Below, piece by piece: positions 13,483 to 26,686 of a stretch of 64,000 bases of DNA; the first letter of the stretch is position 1, and the number at the start of each line of letters is the position of its first letter. The DNA comes from Isurus oxyrinchus (Eukaryota): positions 3,224,001 to 3,288,000 of the forward strand of contig JANJGN010000052.1 of assembly GCA_026770705.1 (NCBI GenBank), read 5' to 3'. The translations under genes and the position numbers were made by a program. The notes beneath the pieces were generated by a model that made no database searches, was not told where the DNA came from, and saw only the letters and a program-made list of their open reading frames with translations.

Positions 13483-13680
13483 CAGGTGCCTTGTGTTCAG
13501 GTTTCTGGTCAAAGAGCGAGTGATGGAGGGTGACAGAGGCTGGGAGCGAGAGACAGTGCTGACCACTGAGCCATTGCTTCACAGGGAGATATCTATGTGT
13601 AACCCGGCTGAGAATCTGGTATACGTGTTGTCGACACACTGAGGTTGAAGCTTTGAAGTGAGTGTAAACAGCTCCTGTAC

Positions 13681-13762
13681 CTGGTGCTTCACAGAGAGTG
13701 ACCTGGGGGTCAATGCAATGTCACTGGTCCCTGAAACTCTCTCCTCCATCGCTGTCTTTCTC
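13681..13762 (-). CDS. Gene A cytoplasmic exon 1
   Basis: ttgcag acceptor and CAG|gtac donor; 82 nt, phase 2 to 0, bridges TM and last exon in frame: (K)RKTAMEERVSGTSDIALTPRSLSVKHQ. Confidence 0.8.
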
Positions 13763-14639
13763 CTGCAATAACACAATATCACACTGTGGTTATCATATAG
13801 CAGAGAGTCAGTGCAGCACAGACACAGAGCCCACTGTAACCTTACACCAACGACTGGACTGTCTCTAGTTCCAATAAGGGATATCAGCGTGACATCACTA
13901 TAATGGAAGTGTGTCATGTGATCCAATCTTAGTTTGACTTTTGCTTTGAGCAGAACACACACTCACGGCTCTGATGCCTTCAATCTTTATCCGTATGTAT
14001 AACCGTTCTCGTGCCGAGTCCTGATAAACAAACCGACAACATTCTCACCCAAACCCTGTGAGCGATTGGTGCTTTGTTTCTTGTACAGTAAATAAGCCTA
14101 AGGTATAATATCATTATAATAACACGCCATATCTTTTACCCCCCCTCCACCCCTGCTCTTCCCCCCATAGCCCTTCAAATGTTCCCCCTTCAAGTATTTA
14201 TCCAATTCCCCTTTTGAAAGATCCTATTAAATCTGCTTCCAGCGCCCTTTCAGGCAGCGCCTTCCAGATCACAGCAACTGATTATTATTCATCTGGATAA
14301 CAGGCAATGAAAAACACTGTCTGGATCGTAAGGGACAAAGAGACCAGTTAGGGAGAGGCATCTGGCGCTTAACACAAGGGAAACAATCACCGACTTCAGG
14401 AAAGAACATTGAAGCAAATATTTATCCCGGAGTAATCGTGCAGAGTGAGGAATCTCTGGGTCTCGTGATTGTTTACCTGGATACAGGACAATGAAAGGTT
14501 CTCTCCGGATCAGAGTGGACACAGGGATCACTTACAGAGAGGGAACTGGTGCTGATCCCAAGGGAAACAATCACCGACTTAAGGAAAGAACATTGAAGCA
14601 AATGTTTATATTAAAATCAAGTTAAATCTTCAGACTTAC

Positions 14640-14736
14640 TTTCTCACACAGATGAAGATGAAGATTCCAGCCAGGAAAACACTCAACATGATCCCAGCCG
14701 TGAACAATCCTACTGTCCATTTACTGGAGTCTCTAC
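14640..14736 (-). CDS. Gene A transmembrane exon (uncharged TM)
   Basis: ttttacag acceptor and gtaagt donor; 97 nt; GRDSSKWTVGLFTAGIMLSVFLAGIFIFICVRK. Confidence 0.9.
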
Positions 14737-15162
14737 CTGTAAAAACAGCCATTAATTACTGCACTACAGGTTTACAATGATGCTCCGATGTATCTCGAGA
14801 AGCGATACACTCACTCAGTGTTTAAATACTCATTCTCGGGCAATGCTGACATTTATTGTCCATCCCTAGTTTCCCCTTGAGAAGGTGGTGGGGGGTCTTC
14901 CTCCTGAACCACTGGTTTGTCCCAAACTGGGAGACCAGTTCAGAGGGCAGGTAAGAGTTAACCATGTTGGTGTCTGAGACTGGAGTCACATATACACCCA
15001 GACCTGTTAAAATGGACAGGTTTCCCTCACTAAATTTGTAATTATATCTTTAATTTCTATATATATGTATCAACTAACATCACTAAAATAATCATTTATC
15101 ACCTCATCTTCACACTGTTGTTTGTGGGATCTTGCTCTGCACAAATCAGCTGTTGCGTTTCT

Positions 15163-15346
15163 CAACGTAATCTATGTAACATTTATATATAATATTTATC
15201 AATGTAATCTATGTAACATTTATATATAATATTTATCAATGTAATCTATGTAACATTTATATATAATATTTATCAATGTAATCTATGTAATATTTATATA
15301 TAATGTTTCTCGATGTAATCTATGTAATGTTTATATATAATATTTA
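15163..15346. repeat. 37-bp AT-rich minisatellite, 5 copies
   Basis: caatgtaatctatgtaacatttatatataatatttat. Confidence 0.9.
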
Positions 15347-15694
15347 GTCGTTTGGGAGGAGAACCTGAGTATTGCTGAGAAAGGACATTTTGTCAAAGCT
15401 TTCTGTCTTGCACCCAATGAAGCAGCTTATCTGGGGGAGAGGGTTCCAGATTTCCACTCCCCTTTGTGTGAAGAAGTGCTTCCTGACATCACCCCCTGAA
15501 CGGCCTGGCTCCAATTTGACCAAGTGTTGCCATTGTCACATGAGGTCAGACGATTCAAAGCTTGGTCAAAGGGGTCAGTTGTAAAGAGCATCTTAGAGGA
15601 GGTAGAGAGAGAGGTGGAGAGGTTGAGGGAGGGAATTCTCGAGTTTAGGGATCAATCCAGCTGAGTGGAGATCGATCCTGAGCGATTCTGTCAC

Positions 15695-15988
15695 CTTTGA
15701 CCCACAGATAAACCTTGAACATGGCTTCCCCGTGTGGGTTTTGAACCGAGCAGGATGCCATCACTCCCCCCTCATCCTGGGGTCTCATCAGGGTGAGGGA
15801 ACCAGTCACCAGATGCCCATCTCTGACCTGCCACGACACAAAACCTCCGTGTGTTTGGTTACCACTGATGTTGGCACTGGGCAGGTGCCAGGTGAGGTCT
15901 CCGGGTGGGTTGGAGTTGGCCACACAGACGCAGGTGACCCCCTCTGACCTCCGAGTGCACTCCGACTGCTGGGAAATCTCCGGCTTAT
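15695..15988 (-). CDS. Gene A membrane-proximal Ig domain (d6), resembling the last domain of MAG/Siglecs
   Basis: 294 nt, phase 1-1; YKPEISQQSECTRRSEGVTCVCVANSNPPGDLTW...ASCSVQNPHGEAMFKVYLWVK. Confidence 0.85.
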
Positions 15989-16299
15989 CTGAGGAGGGAA
16001 GGACAACAATGAGACAACTTCATAGCAAAGTTAGAGCGTAAGATAGAATCTTAACACTGAAACACTCATTCCTGCCTTTGTTACCTCCGCACTCGACTAT
16101 CCCAACACTCTCCTGCCCGACCTCCCATCTTCCACTCTCCGGAAACATCAGCTCATCCCAAACTCTGCTGTCCCCATGTCCTAACTCACACCGAGTCCCG
16201 TTCACACATCACTCCCTGTTGGTCACTGAGCTACACTGGCTCCCGGTCCGACAATGCCACAATTTTAAAATTTACATCGTTTCAAATTCCTCCTTACTC

Positions 16300-16680
16300 C
16301 CTCCCTATCTCTGTTACCTCCTCCAGCATCTACAACCCTCCCTATCTCTGTAACCTCCTCCAGCCCCTTCAACCCTCCCTATCTCTGTAACCTCCTCCAG
16401 ACCCCACAACCCTCCCTATCTCTGTTACCTCCTACAGCATCTACAACCCTCCCTATCTCTGTTACCTCCTCCAGCCCCAATAACCCTCCCTATCTCTGTT
16501 ACCTCCTCCAGCCATCACAACCCTCCCTATCTCTGTAACCTCCTCCAGACCCCACAACCCTCCCTATCTCTGTAACCTCCTCCAGTCCCTACACACCTCC
16601 CTATCTGTAACCTCCTCCAGCCTCTGCAACCATCCCTATCTCTGTAACCTCCTCCAGCATCTACATCCCTCCGAGATCTC
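16300..16680 (+). repeat. ~37-bp minisatellite within an L2-like 3' fragment
   Basis: aaccctccctatctctgtaacctcctccagcccc.ac units; degenerate reverse-strand array at 40630-41075. Confidence 0.8.
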
Positions 16681-17016
16681 TGCGCTCCTCCAATTCCGGC
16701 CTCTTGACCATCCCCCGAATCCTATCGCTCCACCATTGGCGGCCGTGCCTTCAGCTGCCTGGGCCCCGAGCTCTAGAATTCCCACCGTAAACCTCTCCAT
16801 GTCTATCTCTCTCCTCATTTCAGACACTCCTTAAAATCTGGCCTCTTTCTCTGAGCTTTCAGTCCCTGTTCTGATATCTCCTTATGTATCTCGGAGAGGC
16901 GCAGGGTGAAAAAAGCAGGGAGGTGATGCTAGTTATGCTAAACCACAGCAAGGAAGCTGCCCTCAGACAGAAAGTGTTTGAGTTTTAAGCAGAGACAGGG
17001 GGAGTAAAATGCTTAC

Positions 17017-17292
17017 ATTGTACGTTCAGGTGGGTGATGTTGGAGGTGCTGTTACCCACTGGGTTCCTCGCTGTGCAGTAGAAACCTGCATCATTCTCCC
17101 GTGTTACAGGAGTGAAGGAGAGAGTGCGGCTACTTGTGTTTAACTGGGTGCTGGTGTTCCCCTCGATCCTGAACCAAGTGTAATGAGATATCGGAGGGAC
17201 ACTTTCACTGGAGCAGGTTAATGTGATATTGCTTCCCTCTCTTATCCCACCTGAGGATCTGCTGATGGACACCATCGTCTCCTGTGGGGGAT
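17017..17292 (-). CDS. Gene A Ig domain d5 (C2-set)
   Basis: 276 nt, phase 1-1; PPQETMVSIS...IREGSNITLTCSSESVPPISHYTWF...DAGFYCTARNPVGNSTS. Confidence 0.9.
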
Positions 17293-17619
17293 CTGGAACA
17301 AAGACAGAGAACAATCAGCAGGTAATCCCCACACCCCACAGCTCTCCGAAATCTCTGCGCTCCTCCAATTCCGACCCCTTGCACATTCTCCCATTCCCAT
17401 CTCTCCACCATTGGCGGCCGTGCCTTCAGCTGCCTGGACCCTAACCTCTGGAATTCCCTCCATCATCTCTCACCTCCTTCGGACAAAATCTGACCCCGAG
17501 TCACATTAGGAGACATTAGGAGAGGTGAGCAAAAGCTCGCTGAAAGCAGGAGGTTTTAACGGTGTGTCTTAATGGTTTTAAGGAGCATCTTAATGGTTGA
17601 GAAAGAGTTGGAGATTGTG

Positions 17620-18832
17620 TATCTCCCGCGCATCCCCCCTTGCAAATTCCTCTCCCTCCCAGAGCAATGTAAGGGTCCCTCCTGTCTTCACTTTTCACCC
17701 CACCAGCTTCCTCATTCAAAGGATCATTCTCCGCCATTTCCGCCAACTCCAGCATGATGCCACCACCAAACACATCTTCCCTTCACTACATCCGCCCCCC
17801 CCCCCACCCCCCCCACGTTGGCATTCCACAGGGATCATTCCCTCCAGGACACCCTGGTCCACTCCTCCATCACCCCTAGCACCTCAACCCTCTCTGATGA
17901 CATCTTCCCATGCATTTGCAGAAGGTGCAACACCTGCCCCTTTACTTCCTCCCCCCTCACTGTCCAATGACCCAAACACTCCTTCCAGGTGAAGCAGCGC
18001 TTCATGCAGACTTCCTTCAATTTAATCTACTGCATTCACTGCTCCCAGTGTGGTTTCCTCTACATTGGAGACACCAAACACAGACTGGGTGATCGCTCTG
18101 ATGAACACCTTCGGTCTGTCCACAAGCATGACCCAGACCTCCCTGTCGCTTGCCATTTTAACCCTCCACCCTGCTCTCATGCCCACATGTCCGTCCTTGG
18201 CCTGCTGCATTGTTCCAGTGAAGCCCAACGCAAACTGGAGGAACAACACCTCATCTTCCGACCTGGCACTTTACAGCCTTCCGGTCTGAATATTGAGTTC
18301 AACAATTTCAGAACTCTCTCCTCGATCTTCACTGCTTTTTGAACCCTTTTTTATGTATTCATTTTAATTGTTTTATTTGTTGACTGTTTTCCACTTATTT
18401 TTATTATTATTATTTGAAATTCATTTCCATTTTTATTGATTGTTTTATCCACAGATTTTAGTCTATTTTCGATCTTTATTCCCTCCACCGTCCCCTCCCC
18501 CTGCCACACCCCCACGAGGGCCATCTGTCTCTTTCCAGAGTGCTTACCCTGGTCCGCCCATTATCACACTCTGCTTAATGTCACCATTAGCACCTCCTTT
18601 ATCCAATACCACCACTGTTAACAACCCTTTGACCTTTTGTTTATGACATCTTCCACAATCTCTCCATTGCCTCCACCTATCGCTGGTTTTCTATCCAGCT
18701 CCACCTGTCCCATCGCCCCCCCTTAGACAGGATATATTTCACCACATGTCTACTTCCCTTTAGCTCTGAAGAAGAGTCATACAGACTCCAAACGCTAACC
18801 CTGTCTTTCTCTCCACAGATGCTGCCAGATGC
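17620..18832 (+). mobile_element. Penelope-like element 3' fragment (GIY-YIG endonuclease plus terminal repeat)
   Basis: ORF 17989-18342 LIYCIHCSQCGFLYIGDTKHRLGDR...LEEQHLIF..GTLQPSGLN. Confidence 0.85.
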
Positions 18833-19156
18833 TCAGAATCAGCTGGATGGACAGAAAGACCAATGAGTGACTTAGATCAAGAGGAGACGTTCAGCCATTA
18901 AAAGGGTTGTTCAGGACAGTTAGAGAGAGAAAGTTCATCAAGTACGGAGATTGGAAACGAAGACCTGACAGCCTTGTCCTCACAACCATTGAAGGAGAAA
19001 CTGAGAGCAAAAACAGAAAGGGAGAGGAAAAATTGGATGTGTGGATAACGTGGACTGAGCGAGGATTGAAGAAAACTGGATTAAAAACAACACGATCCCA
19101 ATAGCTCCACGGAGACCACGGAGACAACAAACAAACAAATGTATCTCCACACTCAC

Positions 19157-19438
19157 GTTCCACAGTGATGGTTATGAACCCCTCCACTGCTCCATGTTCA
19201 TTCTCTGCCACACACTGATATTCTCCAGTGTCCCTGGATGTAACGTGAGGAATCACCAACCACAGCTCATTGTTGGAACTTGTTCTGTTCATTGGGACAT
19301 TAAGATGTCGCCACGTCAGGTTAGAAGCTGGGAAGCTCTCGACAGAGCAGATTATCACTGCAGAATTCCCCTCAATTATATTGATCGATGAAGCGTTAAT
19401 CATATCAAGAGAAGTAATTGATGGGTTCCGTGGTGCAT
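19157..19438 (-). CDS. Gene A Ig domain d4 (duplicate of d3)
   Basis: 282 nt, phase 1-1, tttag acceptor and gtgagt donor; ...SAVIICSVESFPASNLTW...DTGEYQCVAENEHG. Confidence 0.9.
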
Positions 19439-20266
19439 CTAAATACAAATAAAGGTTTCATTGTGAGCAAACACAGTGCACAGCAAGACTCCAGGTATCA
19501 TCTCTCTCCATCTGGTGTCTGTGTGCATGTCAAGGCTTCTTTCCCCATTATGATTTTCTATGTCACCATTTGTAACAGACACTGCCAGTGTGTTCCTTTT
19601 TGCATATTCATGGGAAGTGGATGTATCTATCTAGACCAGCATTTATTACCCATCCCTAATTGCCCTTGAGGAGGTGGTGGTGAGTTTTTCACCTCCAGAG
19701 GATTCCCAGCCTCTGACCGGCTCCTGTAGCCACAGTATTTATGGCCGGTCCAGTTAGTTGTTTGGTTAACATCCCCCAGGATGTGGATTGTGGGGGATTC
19801 AGCGATGTGAAAGTGATTGAATATCAAGGGGAGATGGTTAGATTCTCTCTTGTTGGAGATGATCACTGCCTGGTGCTTGTGTGGTGTGAACGTTACTTGT
19901 CATTTCTCAGCCCAAGCTGAGTGTTGTTCAGCTCTTGCTGCGTGTGGATATGTAAACTGTCACGTTGTAATTACAGCCTTCCACCAGAGGAGACACTGTC
20001 GGGCTAGAAGAAAAGAAAGTGTCTTTCACATGATCAGGATGTTCACGGAGATTTCACCATGGAGGAATTGCTTTGGAATAATGGGGTATTGGGTGATAAA
20101 CCTACAATTCACTGTTCAGGAGGTTGCTCCATCCAATTCAGTGTCTTGATGATCTGGAGTTTACCTTCCTTCAACACAGAATCAGAGCTGCTACCGAGAC
20201 TCGAGTGCAGCACTGAGAGAGGAGAGGGAGCTGACACGTGTGTGTGTATGTGTGTTTGTGTGTGCT

Positions 20267-20324
<58 letters not shown>

Positions 20325-20346
20325 GTTGAAGTTTGCATTAACTCAC

Positions 20347-20628
20347 ATTCCACAGTGATGTTTATGAATCCCTCCACTGCTCCATGTTCATTCTCTGCCA
20401 CACACTGATAGTTTCCAGTGTCCTTGGATGTAACATGAGGAATCACCAGCCACAGCTCATTGTTGGAACTTGTTCTGATCAGTGGGACATTAAGATGTCG
20501 CCACGTCAGGTTAGAAGCTGGGAAGCTCTCGACAGAGCAGATTATCACTGCAGAATTCCCCTCAATTATATTGATCCATGAAGCGTTAATCATATCAAGA
20601 GAATTGATTGAGAGATTCCGTGGTGCAT
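20347..20628 (-). CDS. Gene A Ig domain d3
   Basis: 282 nt, phase 1-1, ttttag acceptor and gtgagt donor; DAPRNLSI...DTGNYQCVAENEHGAVEGFINITVE. Confidence 0.9.
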
Positions 20629-21589
20629 CTAAAAACATATAAAGATTTTAACGTGAGCAAACATAGTGCACAGCAAGACTCCATGCATCATGTCTCTGTA
20701 TCTGATGTCTGTATGCATTTCTAGGTACCTTCCCTCAAGATATTTTCCTATGTCACATTTACAATGGGCACTGCCTATGTAAACTGTCACACTGCAGGAG
20801 CATTCTCCCACCAGAGACCCTGCCCATCCAGATTTAAAGAAACTCCCTTTCACATCCTCAGAATGTCCCCAAGGGCTTGACAGGCAATGATTGTATTTGA
20901 TCGATGGAGCACTGAGGGGTAAATCTACAATTCTCTGTTCAGGAGGTTGCTCATCCAATTCAGGGTCTTGTTGATCTGGAGTTTACCTTCCTTCAGCACA
21001 GAATCGGAGCTGACACCGAGACTCCAGTGCAGCACTGANNNNNNNNNNNNNNNNNNNNNNNNNNNNNNNNNNNNNNNNNNNNNNNNNNNNNNNNNNNNNN
21101 NNNNNNNNNNNNNNNNNNNNNNNNNNNNNNNNNNNNNNNNNNNNNNNNNNNNNNNNNNNNNNNNNNNNNNNNNNNNNNNNNNNNNNNNNNNNNNNNNNNN
21201 NNNNNNNNNNNNNNNNNNNNTGTGCATGTGAATGTGCGTGCTTACGTGTGTGTGTGTATGCGTGTGTGTGTGTGTGTGCGTGTGTGTGCATGTGCGTGTG
21301 TGCAGGTGTGTGTGTGTTGTGTGTGCGTGTGTGTTGTCTGTGTGCGCGTGTGCGTGTGNNNNNNNNNNNNNNNNNNNNNNNNNNNNNNNNNNNNNNNNNN
21401 NNNNNNNNNNNNNNNNNNNNNNNNNNNNNNNNNNNNNNNNNNNNNNNNNNNNNNNNNNNNNNNNNNNNNNNNNNNNNNNNNNNNNNNNNNNNNNNNNNNN
21501 NNNNNNNNNNNNNNNNNNNNNNNNNNNNNNNNCATGTGTGTGTGTGTCTGTTGGTGCGTGTGTGGTCTGTGTAACCTGTAAACCTAACC

Positions 21590-22625
21590 CTTCCACACTG
21601 ATGGTCACGAACACCCCCCACTGCCAACAAATTTATCTCAGTAAGGAACATGGCACTGCCAACCCCGTCAATACCATCTTCTAAACGGGGGATTGGGTAG
21701 GAATCTGGTTTTATTGCTGCATTAACCTTTCTGTAATGTATGCAGAATCTGGTTGGAAATGAAATACCTGCTCCTTTTTACCTCCCTCCCTACGATGGTA
21801 TCGTTTTAACATATTGATGTGTCACAGCCGATTCTTTATTCTACAATCTGGGGTGTCTATCAAATAATTTACTTGACCAACCCTCCTAATTACCTTGTGG
21901 GGACCACTGAACCACGCTTTCAGAGGCTCCCCCTGCCAAGGCAATGATACTAACACGTCATCCCCCTGGTTGTGATGTTCGGGTCACAGCTTGCCTGTCT
22001 GCCCCATTCCTTCATTTCTGTTTGAGAAACTATAAGATGTTCTTGTGCCACTTTGGAGGCTCCTATGAGCCGTTCCTGAAACATGGACACATCATCTGAA
22101 ATAGAGGATTCATCCCTCTGTCCGGAATATCTTTCTTTGATGTATTTCAGACAGCCTCTTATCTCGTGTCCATAAGTTATTCCAAAAAGACTAAAACCTG
22201 CCGATTCATTTGGTGAATCTCGTGTGGGAAATACAAGAAAATCCAGTCCTTTGTCCCAGTCATGGGGAGTTCATGACAATAGCTTCAATCATTGTTTTGA
22301 GGGTTTGTTGGTCCCTCTCTAAAGATCCCCGTGTCTATGGATGATATGCTGTGGACTTTAACTGTTTTATACCCAAATTACTCATTATGTTCGGAAAATT
22401 TTAAGACATAGAGATGGAACCTTGATCTGACTGGATCTCCAGCAGTAATCCATAATGGGTAAAAAATTGGGTTAACTTCCCTATTACTACTTTAGCTGTA
22501 ATTGTTCCTAAAGGGATGGTCTCTGGAAATCGAGTTGTCATATCCATCATAGTGAGGCCATACTGGAGTCCGGCTTTCATTTTCGATAATGGTCTAACAC
22601 AGTCCACTAATGCTCGTATCCAATG
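21590..22625 (-). mobile_element. Ty3/Gypsy integrase remnant
   Basis: LVDCVRPL...TMMDMTTRFPETIPL...YGLLLEIQSDQGS; G-run followed by TGT (PPT/LTR-like) near 21613. Confidence 0.75.
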
Positions 22626-22739
22626 GTAACGGACAATTAGCTCACTGGAGGAGGGGAATCCACAAATATTCCCATCCTCAATGAAGGGGGAGCCCAGCAC
22701 ATCAGGGCAAAAGATAAGGCTGAAGCATTTGCTACAACA

Positions 22740-24803
22740 ATTATCCATTTCTGTCTGGCGTAAAAATAAGTCAGGAAATGGTGCTCAACCAGGGCTTACA
22801 AAAGAAATTAGGGATAGTATTAGATCCAGAGAGGAGACATAAAATTGCCAGGGGAAGCAGCAATGCTGAGGATTGGGAGCAGTTTAGAATTCAGCAAAAG
22901 TGGACAAAAAGATTGATCAAGAAGGGGAAAATGGAACATGGGAGTAAACTTGCAGGGAACGTAAAAACTGACTGTAAAAGCTTCTATAAATATGTGAAGA
23001 GAGAAAGATTAGCAGTGACCGATGTAGGTTCCTTGCAGTCAGAAATGGGGGAAATTCTAATGAGAAACAAAGAAATGGCAGAAGAACTGAACATATATTT
23101 TGGTTCTGTCTTCACAAAAGAGGACACAAATAATTTCCCAGGAATGTTAGGGAACCAAGTGTCTAGTGAGAGGGAGGAATTGAAGATAATCAGGATTAGT
23201 TTTAAAAAATGGAGCTGGAGAAATTAATGGGTTAAAGGTTGAACAGTCCCCAGGGCCTGAAAATCTACATCCCAGAGACTAACGGAAGTGACCCTGGAAA
23301 TATTGGAAGCACTGGTGGTCATCCTCCAAAATTCTATAGGCTCTGGAGCAGTTCCTATAGATTGGAGAGTGGCAATTGTAACTCCACTATTTAAAATAGA
23401 AGGGAGAGAAAAAAACTGGGAATTACAGATCAGTTAGTCTAACATGGGGAAAACGCTAGAGCCTATTATATAAGGTGTGCTAACGGAACGCTTGGAAAGC
23501 ATTAATGGGATTAGACAAAGTCAGCATGGGTTAATGAAAGGAAAACCATGCTTAACTAATCTACTGGAGATTTTGAGGATGTAACTTGTGGAATAGATAA
23601 GGGATAACCAGTGGATGTGGTGTTTTTAGATTTCAAGAAGGCTTTTGATAAGGTCCCACATAAGAGGCTAGTGGGCAACATTAAAGCCCATGGGATTGGG
23701 GGTAATTTACTGGCATGGATTGAGAATTGGTCGACAGACAGGAAACAGAGGGTCAGAATAAATTAGTCTTTATCTGAGTGGCAGGCAGTGACTAGTGGTG
23801 TACCACAGGGATCCGTGCTTGGGACCTAACTATTCACGATATATTTAAATGACTTGGGTGAGGGAGCCAAGTGCAATATTTCCAGGTTTTCTGATGACAC
23901 AACGCTGGGTAAGGGTGTGAGCTGTGAGGAGGATGCAAAGAGGCTTCAAGGCGATTTAGACAAGTTGTGTGTGTGGGCAAACACATGGCAGATGATGTGG
24001 ATGAATGTGACATTGTAGGCTTTGGTGTGAAAAACAGAAAGGCAGAGTATTATTTAAATGGTGATATAATGGGAAATGTGGATGTACAAAGGGATCTGGG
24101 TGTCCTTGTGCACTAGCCAATGAAAGTAAACAGGCAGGTGCAGCAAGTAATTCGGAAGGCAAATGGTATGTTGGCCTTCATTGCAAGAGGATTTGTGTTC
24201 AGGAGTAGGGATGTCTCACTGCAGTTATACAAGGTCTTGGTGAGACTGCACATGGGGTACTACGTGCCGTTTTGGTCTCCCTCCCTAAAAAAGGATAGAC
24301 TTGCCGTCGAGAGAGTGCAGAGAAGGTTCTCTAGGCTGATACCAGGGGCGGCAGGACTGTCGTATGAGGAGAATTGGTACGACTGGGTCTGTATTCACTA
24401 GAGTTTAGAAGAATGAGAGGAGACCTGAATAAACGTAAGAAATTCTAACAGAGATAGACAGACTGGATGGAGGGAGGATGCATCCCTTGGTTGGGGAGTC
24501 TAAAACCAAGGGCGACAATCTCAGGATACAGGGCAGGCCATTTTGGACTGAGATAGGGAAACATTTCTTCACTCAGAGGGTGGTCAATCTGTGGAATTCT
24601 CCATCACAGAGGCTGTGGAGGCCGGGTCACTGAGTGTATTCAAGAAAGAAACTGATAAATATTTTGATATTAGGGGCATCAAAGGGTACGGAGAGAAAGC
24701 GGGAATAAGGCTTTGAGATAGAGGGTCAGCCTTGATCATATTGAATGGCGGAGAAGGCTTGAAGGGCTGAATGTCCTAATCGTGCTCCTAGTTTCTATGT
24801 ACC
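22740..24803 (+). mobile_element. CR1 LINE, 5'-truncated and degenerate
   Basis: KSFYKYVKR, YFGSVFTKED, LYKVLVRLH..Y, typical gggctgaatg..ct 3' end. Confidence 0.9.
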
Positions 24804-25172
24804 TAGGTATCTATAGAACTATCTCTCTCCGTGTTCTATTCTCATGTGACCTTGAGTAACTGATGATAAATACTATCTATTTACATTGTTAATATTAAAC
24901 TTTTATACTACATCTCCCCCAAAATCTTTGACATCAATGAAGACAATATTTATATTATCCTATATTGTCTTTTAAGTTCAACCTTGGCCCCCTCTGCCTT
25001 ATCAGGTAGGCATAAACAATCCCAAGGCTCAATACAGGAAGAGCTCTCCCTGGTCAATATCACTAATAAAAAAGGACCTGTTTTGTCTTCAACCCAGTGA
25101 TGTTTGTGGGATCTTGCTCTGCACATTGTATCCTATTACAGCTAATATAGAATCAAGGGTGTCAGTACTTAC

Positions 25173-25469
25173 CTTGTACAGTTAGTACAAGGGTCCGCTC
25201 CGATGAAACAGATGGATATCTCACTCTGCAGCAGAGTGTGTGTCCGTGGTGTTTGAGTGATGGGATCAGGGTCAGAACAGAAGTATAGGTCAGAGTGACA
25301 CCATGCTGAGTTACAGTGTTTGAGACTGATCCACGTACGTCAGTGGGAGTGTCCCAGGTTAAGACAGGTGCTGCTGTTCCATTGCACGTTGTGTTGAAGG
25401 TGCAGCTTACATCCACACGCTTTCCTGCAATAATTTCAGCAGGGAATATCATGGGTTTATCTGTGAAAT
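25173..25469 (-). CDS. Gene A Ig domain d2 (Siglec C2-set)
   Basis: 297 nt, phase 1-1; DFTDKP...VSCTFNTTCNGTAAPVLTW...CRVRYP; carries the extra B-C loop Cys used for the Siglec V-C2 disulfide. Confidence 0.92.
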
Positions 25470-25719
25470 CTAACAGACAGAGAATGGATCCTTTTAGAGA
25501 AATATAATGTGAAGCATCAGTTCAAATAGAAATCACAGTCCCACAAGAGAAAGCACTTTTACAAGGATGATATCAGAACTGAGAGGTTACAATGATCAGG
25601 AAAGATTTTCTTGCTCTTTGGCAGTAGTGTTTCTGTCTCTCAGCTTAATACACGTTCACTCCGAGACATGTGAATTGAGAACACTGGATGTGAGAAGAGG
25701 CTCAGACCAGAGATTGGAG

Positions 25720-25855
25720 TTAAAAGCAGAATACTGCGGATGCTGGAAATCTGAAACAAAAACAAAAATTGCTGGAAAGACTCAGCAGGTCTGACAGTAT
25801 CAGTGGAGAGGAAGACAGGGTTAACGTTTCGAGTCCGTATGACTCTTCATCAGAC
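25720..25855 (-). mobile_element. Short Penelope terminal-repeat fragment with hammerhead-like core
   Basis: Minus strand CTGATGA-A-GAGTC-ATACG-GACTC-GAAAC at 25823-25853; similar to the end of the 17620-18832 element. Confidence 0.65.
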
Positions 25856-26317
25856 CAGAGGTTTGAGTTCACTGGCTTCTCATTTCCTCAGTGATCTGGG
25901 TGATTTATTACATTGTGGTTTGTTGGATCTTGCTGTGCACAAACTGCCTGCTGTGTTTAACATCTGTGACTACAATTCAGGAATAATTTCATTGGCTGTG
26001 AAGGGATTTGGATCCTCCTGAGGTGGTAAATTGCGCTGCAGAAATGCACATCTTTCTTTTATCGATACGTCAGACTTTTAAACAGGACAGGAGAGATTGA
26101 TGGGAGTGGATAACCTGAGAATACAGTTAATGCTTTTCATCATTGATATTAAAGTGAGTATTAGAGGTTGCTTTAGGACTGAACTGGAAGCTATTGAGAA
26201 TCAGACAGTGTGTTATAATAAGCTGTGTTTTGTGTTAATATGTAAACGTCACAGTTTGTGTTATCTCCCATTGAGTGTTGAATGTGAATTGTTGAGTAAT
26301 TATAACACAGCACTTAC

Positions 26318-26686
26318 CAGAAACGTGAAGCTGGGTTACAGGATAGTAGTTGTAACTATTACTGCTGTCAAATTCTATTCTGAAAAAATAAGGTCCTGCA
26401 TCTTCCCGTCTGATGTTGTTTATAATCAGGGAACAGTCGCCATCTTTCAGGTCTCCAGACAGCCGGGTCCGATGGTGGAACCGTGGTAACTCGTGACGGT
26501 GATCTTTGGAGTGAAAGGCAATGGGAGCCCAGGGAATCTGTTTCTCATTATTAAACCAGACTCCACCTCGTGGTTGATTTTCCAAATGTGCTGGATAACT
26601 GTAATGACATGGAATCTGTACACACGAACCTTCCTGCGCTGTCACCTCTCGTGGAGTGTCACCTTTCCACTCTTGTGACAGTCCAA
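26318..26686 (-). CDS. Gene A Siglec V-set domain, essential Arg present
   Basis: 369 nt, phase 1-1; N-terminal Trp, SCVQIPC and GDCSL (B-E disulfide, no F-strand Cys), DAGPYFFRIE, Tyr at Arg+9. Confidence 0.95.

Noticed and set aside
14375-14604. ~46-bp direct repeat in the gene A TM intron
   Set aside because: Local duplication with no supporting exon or element structure
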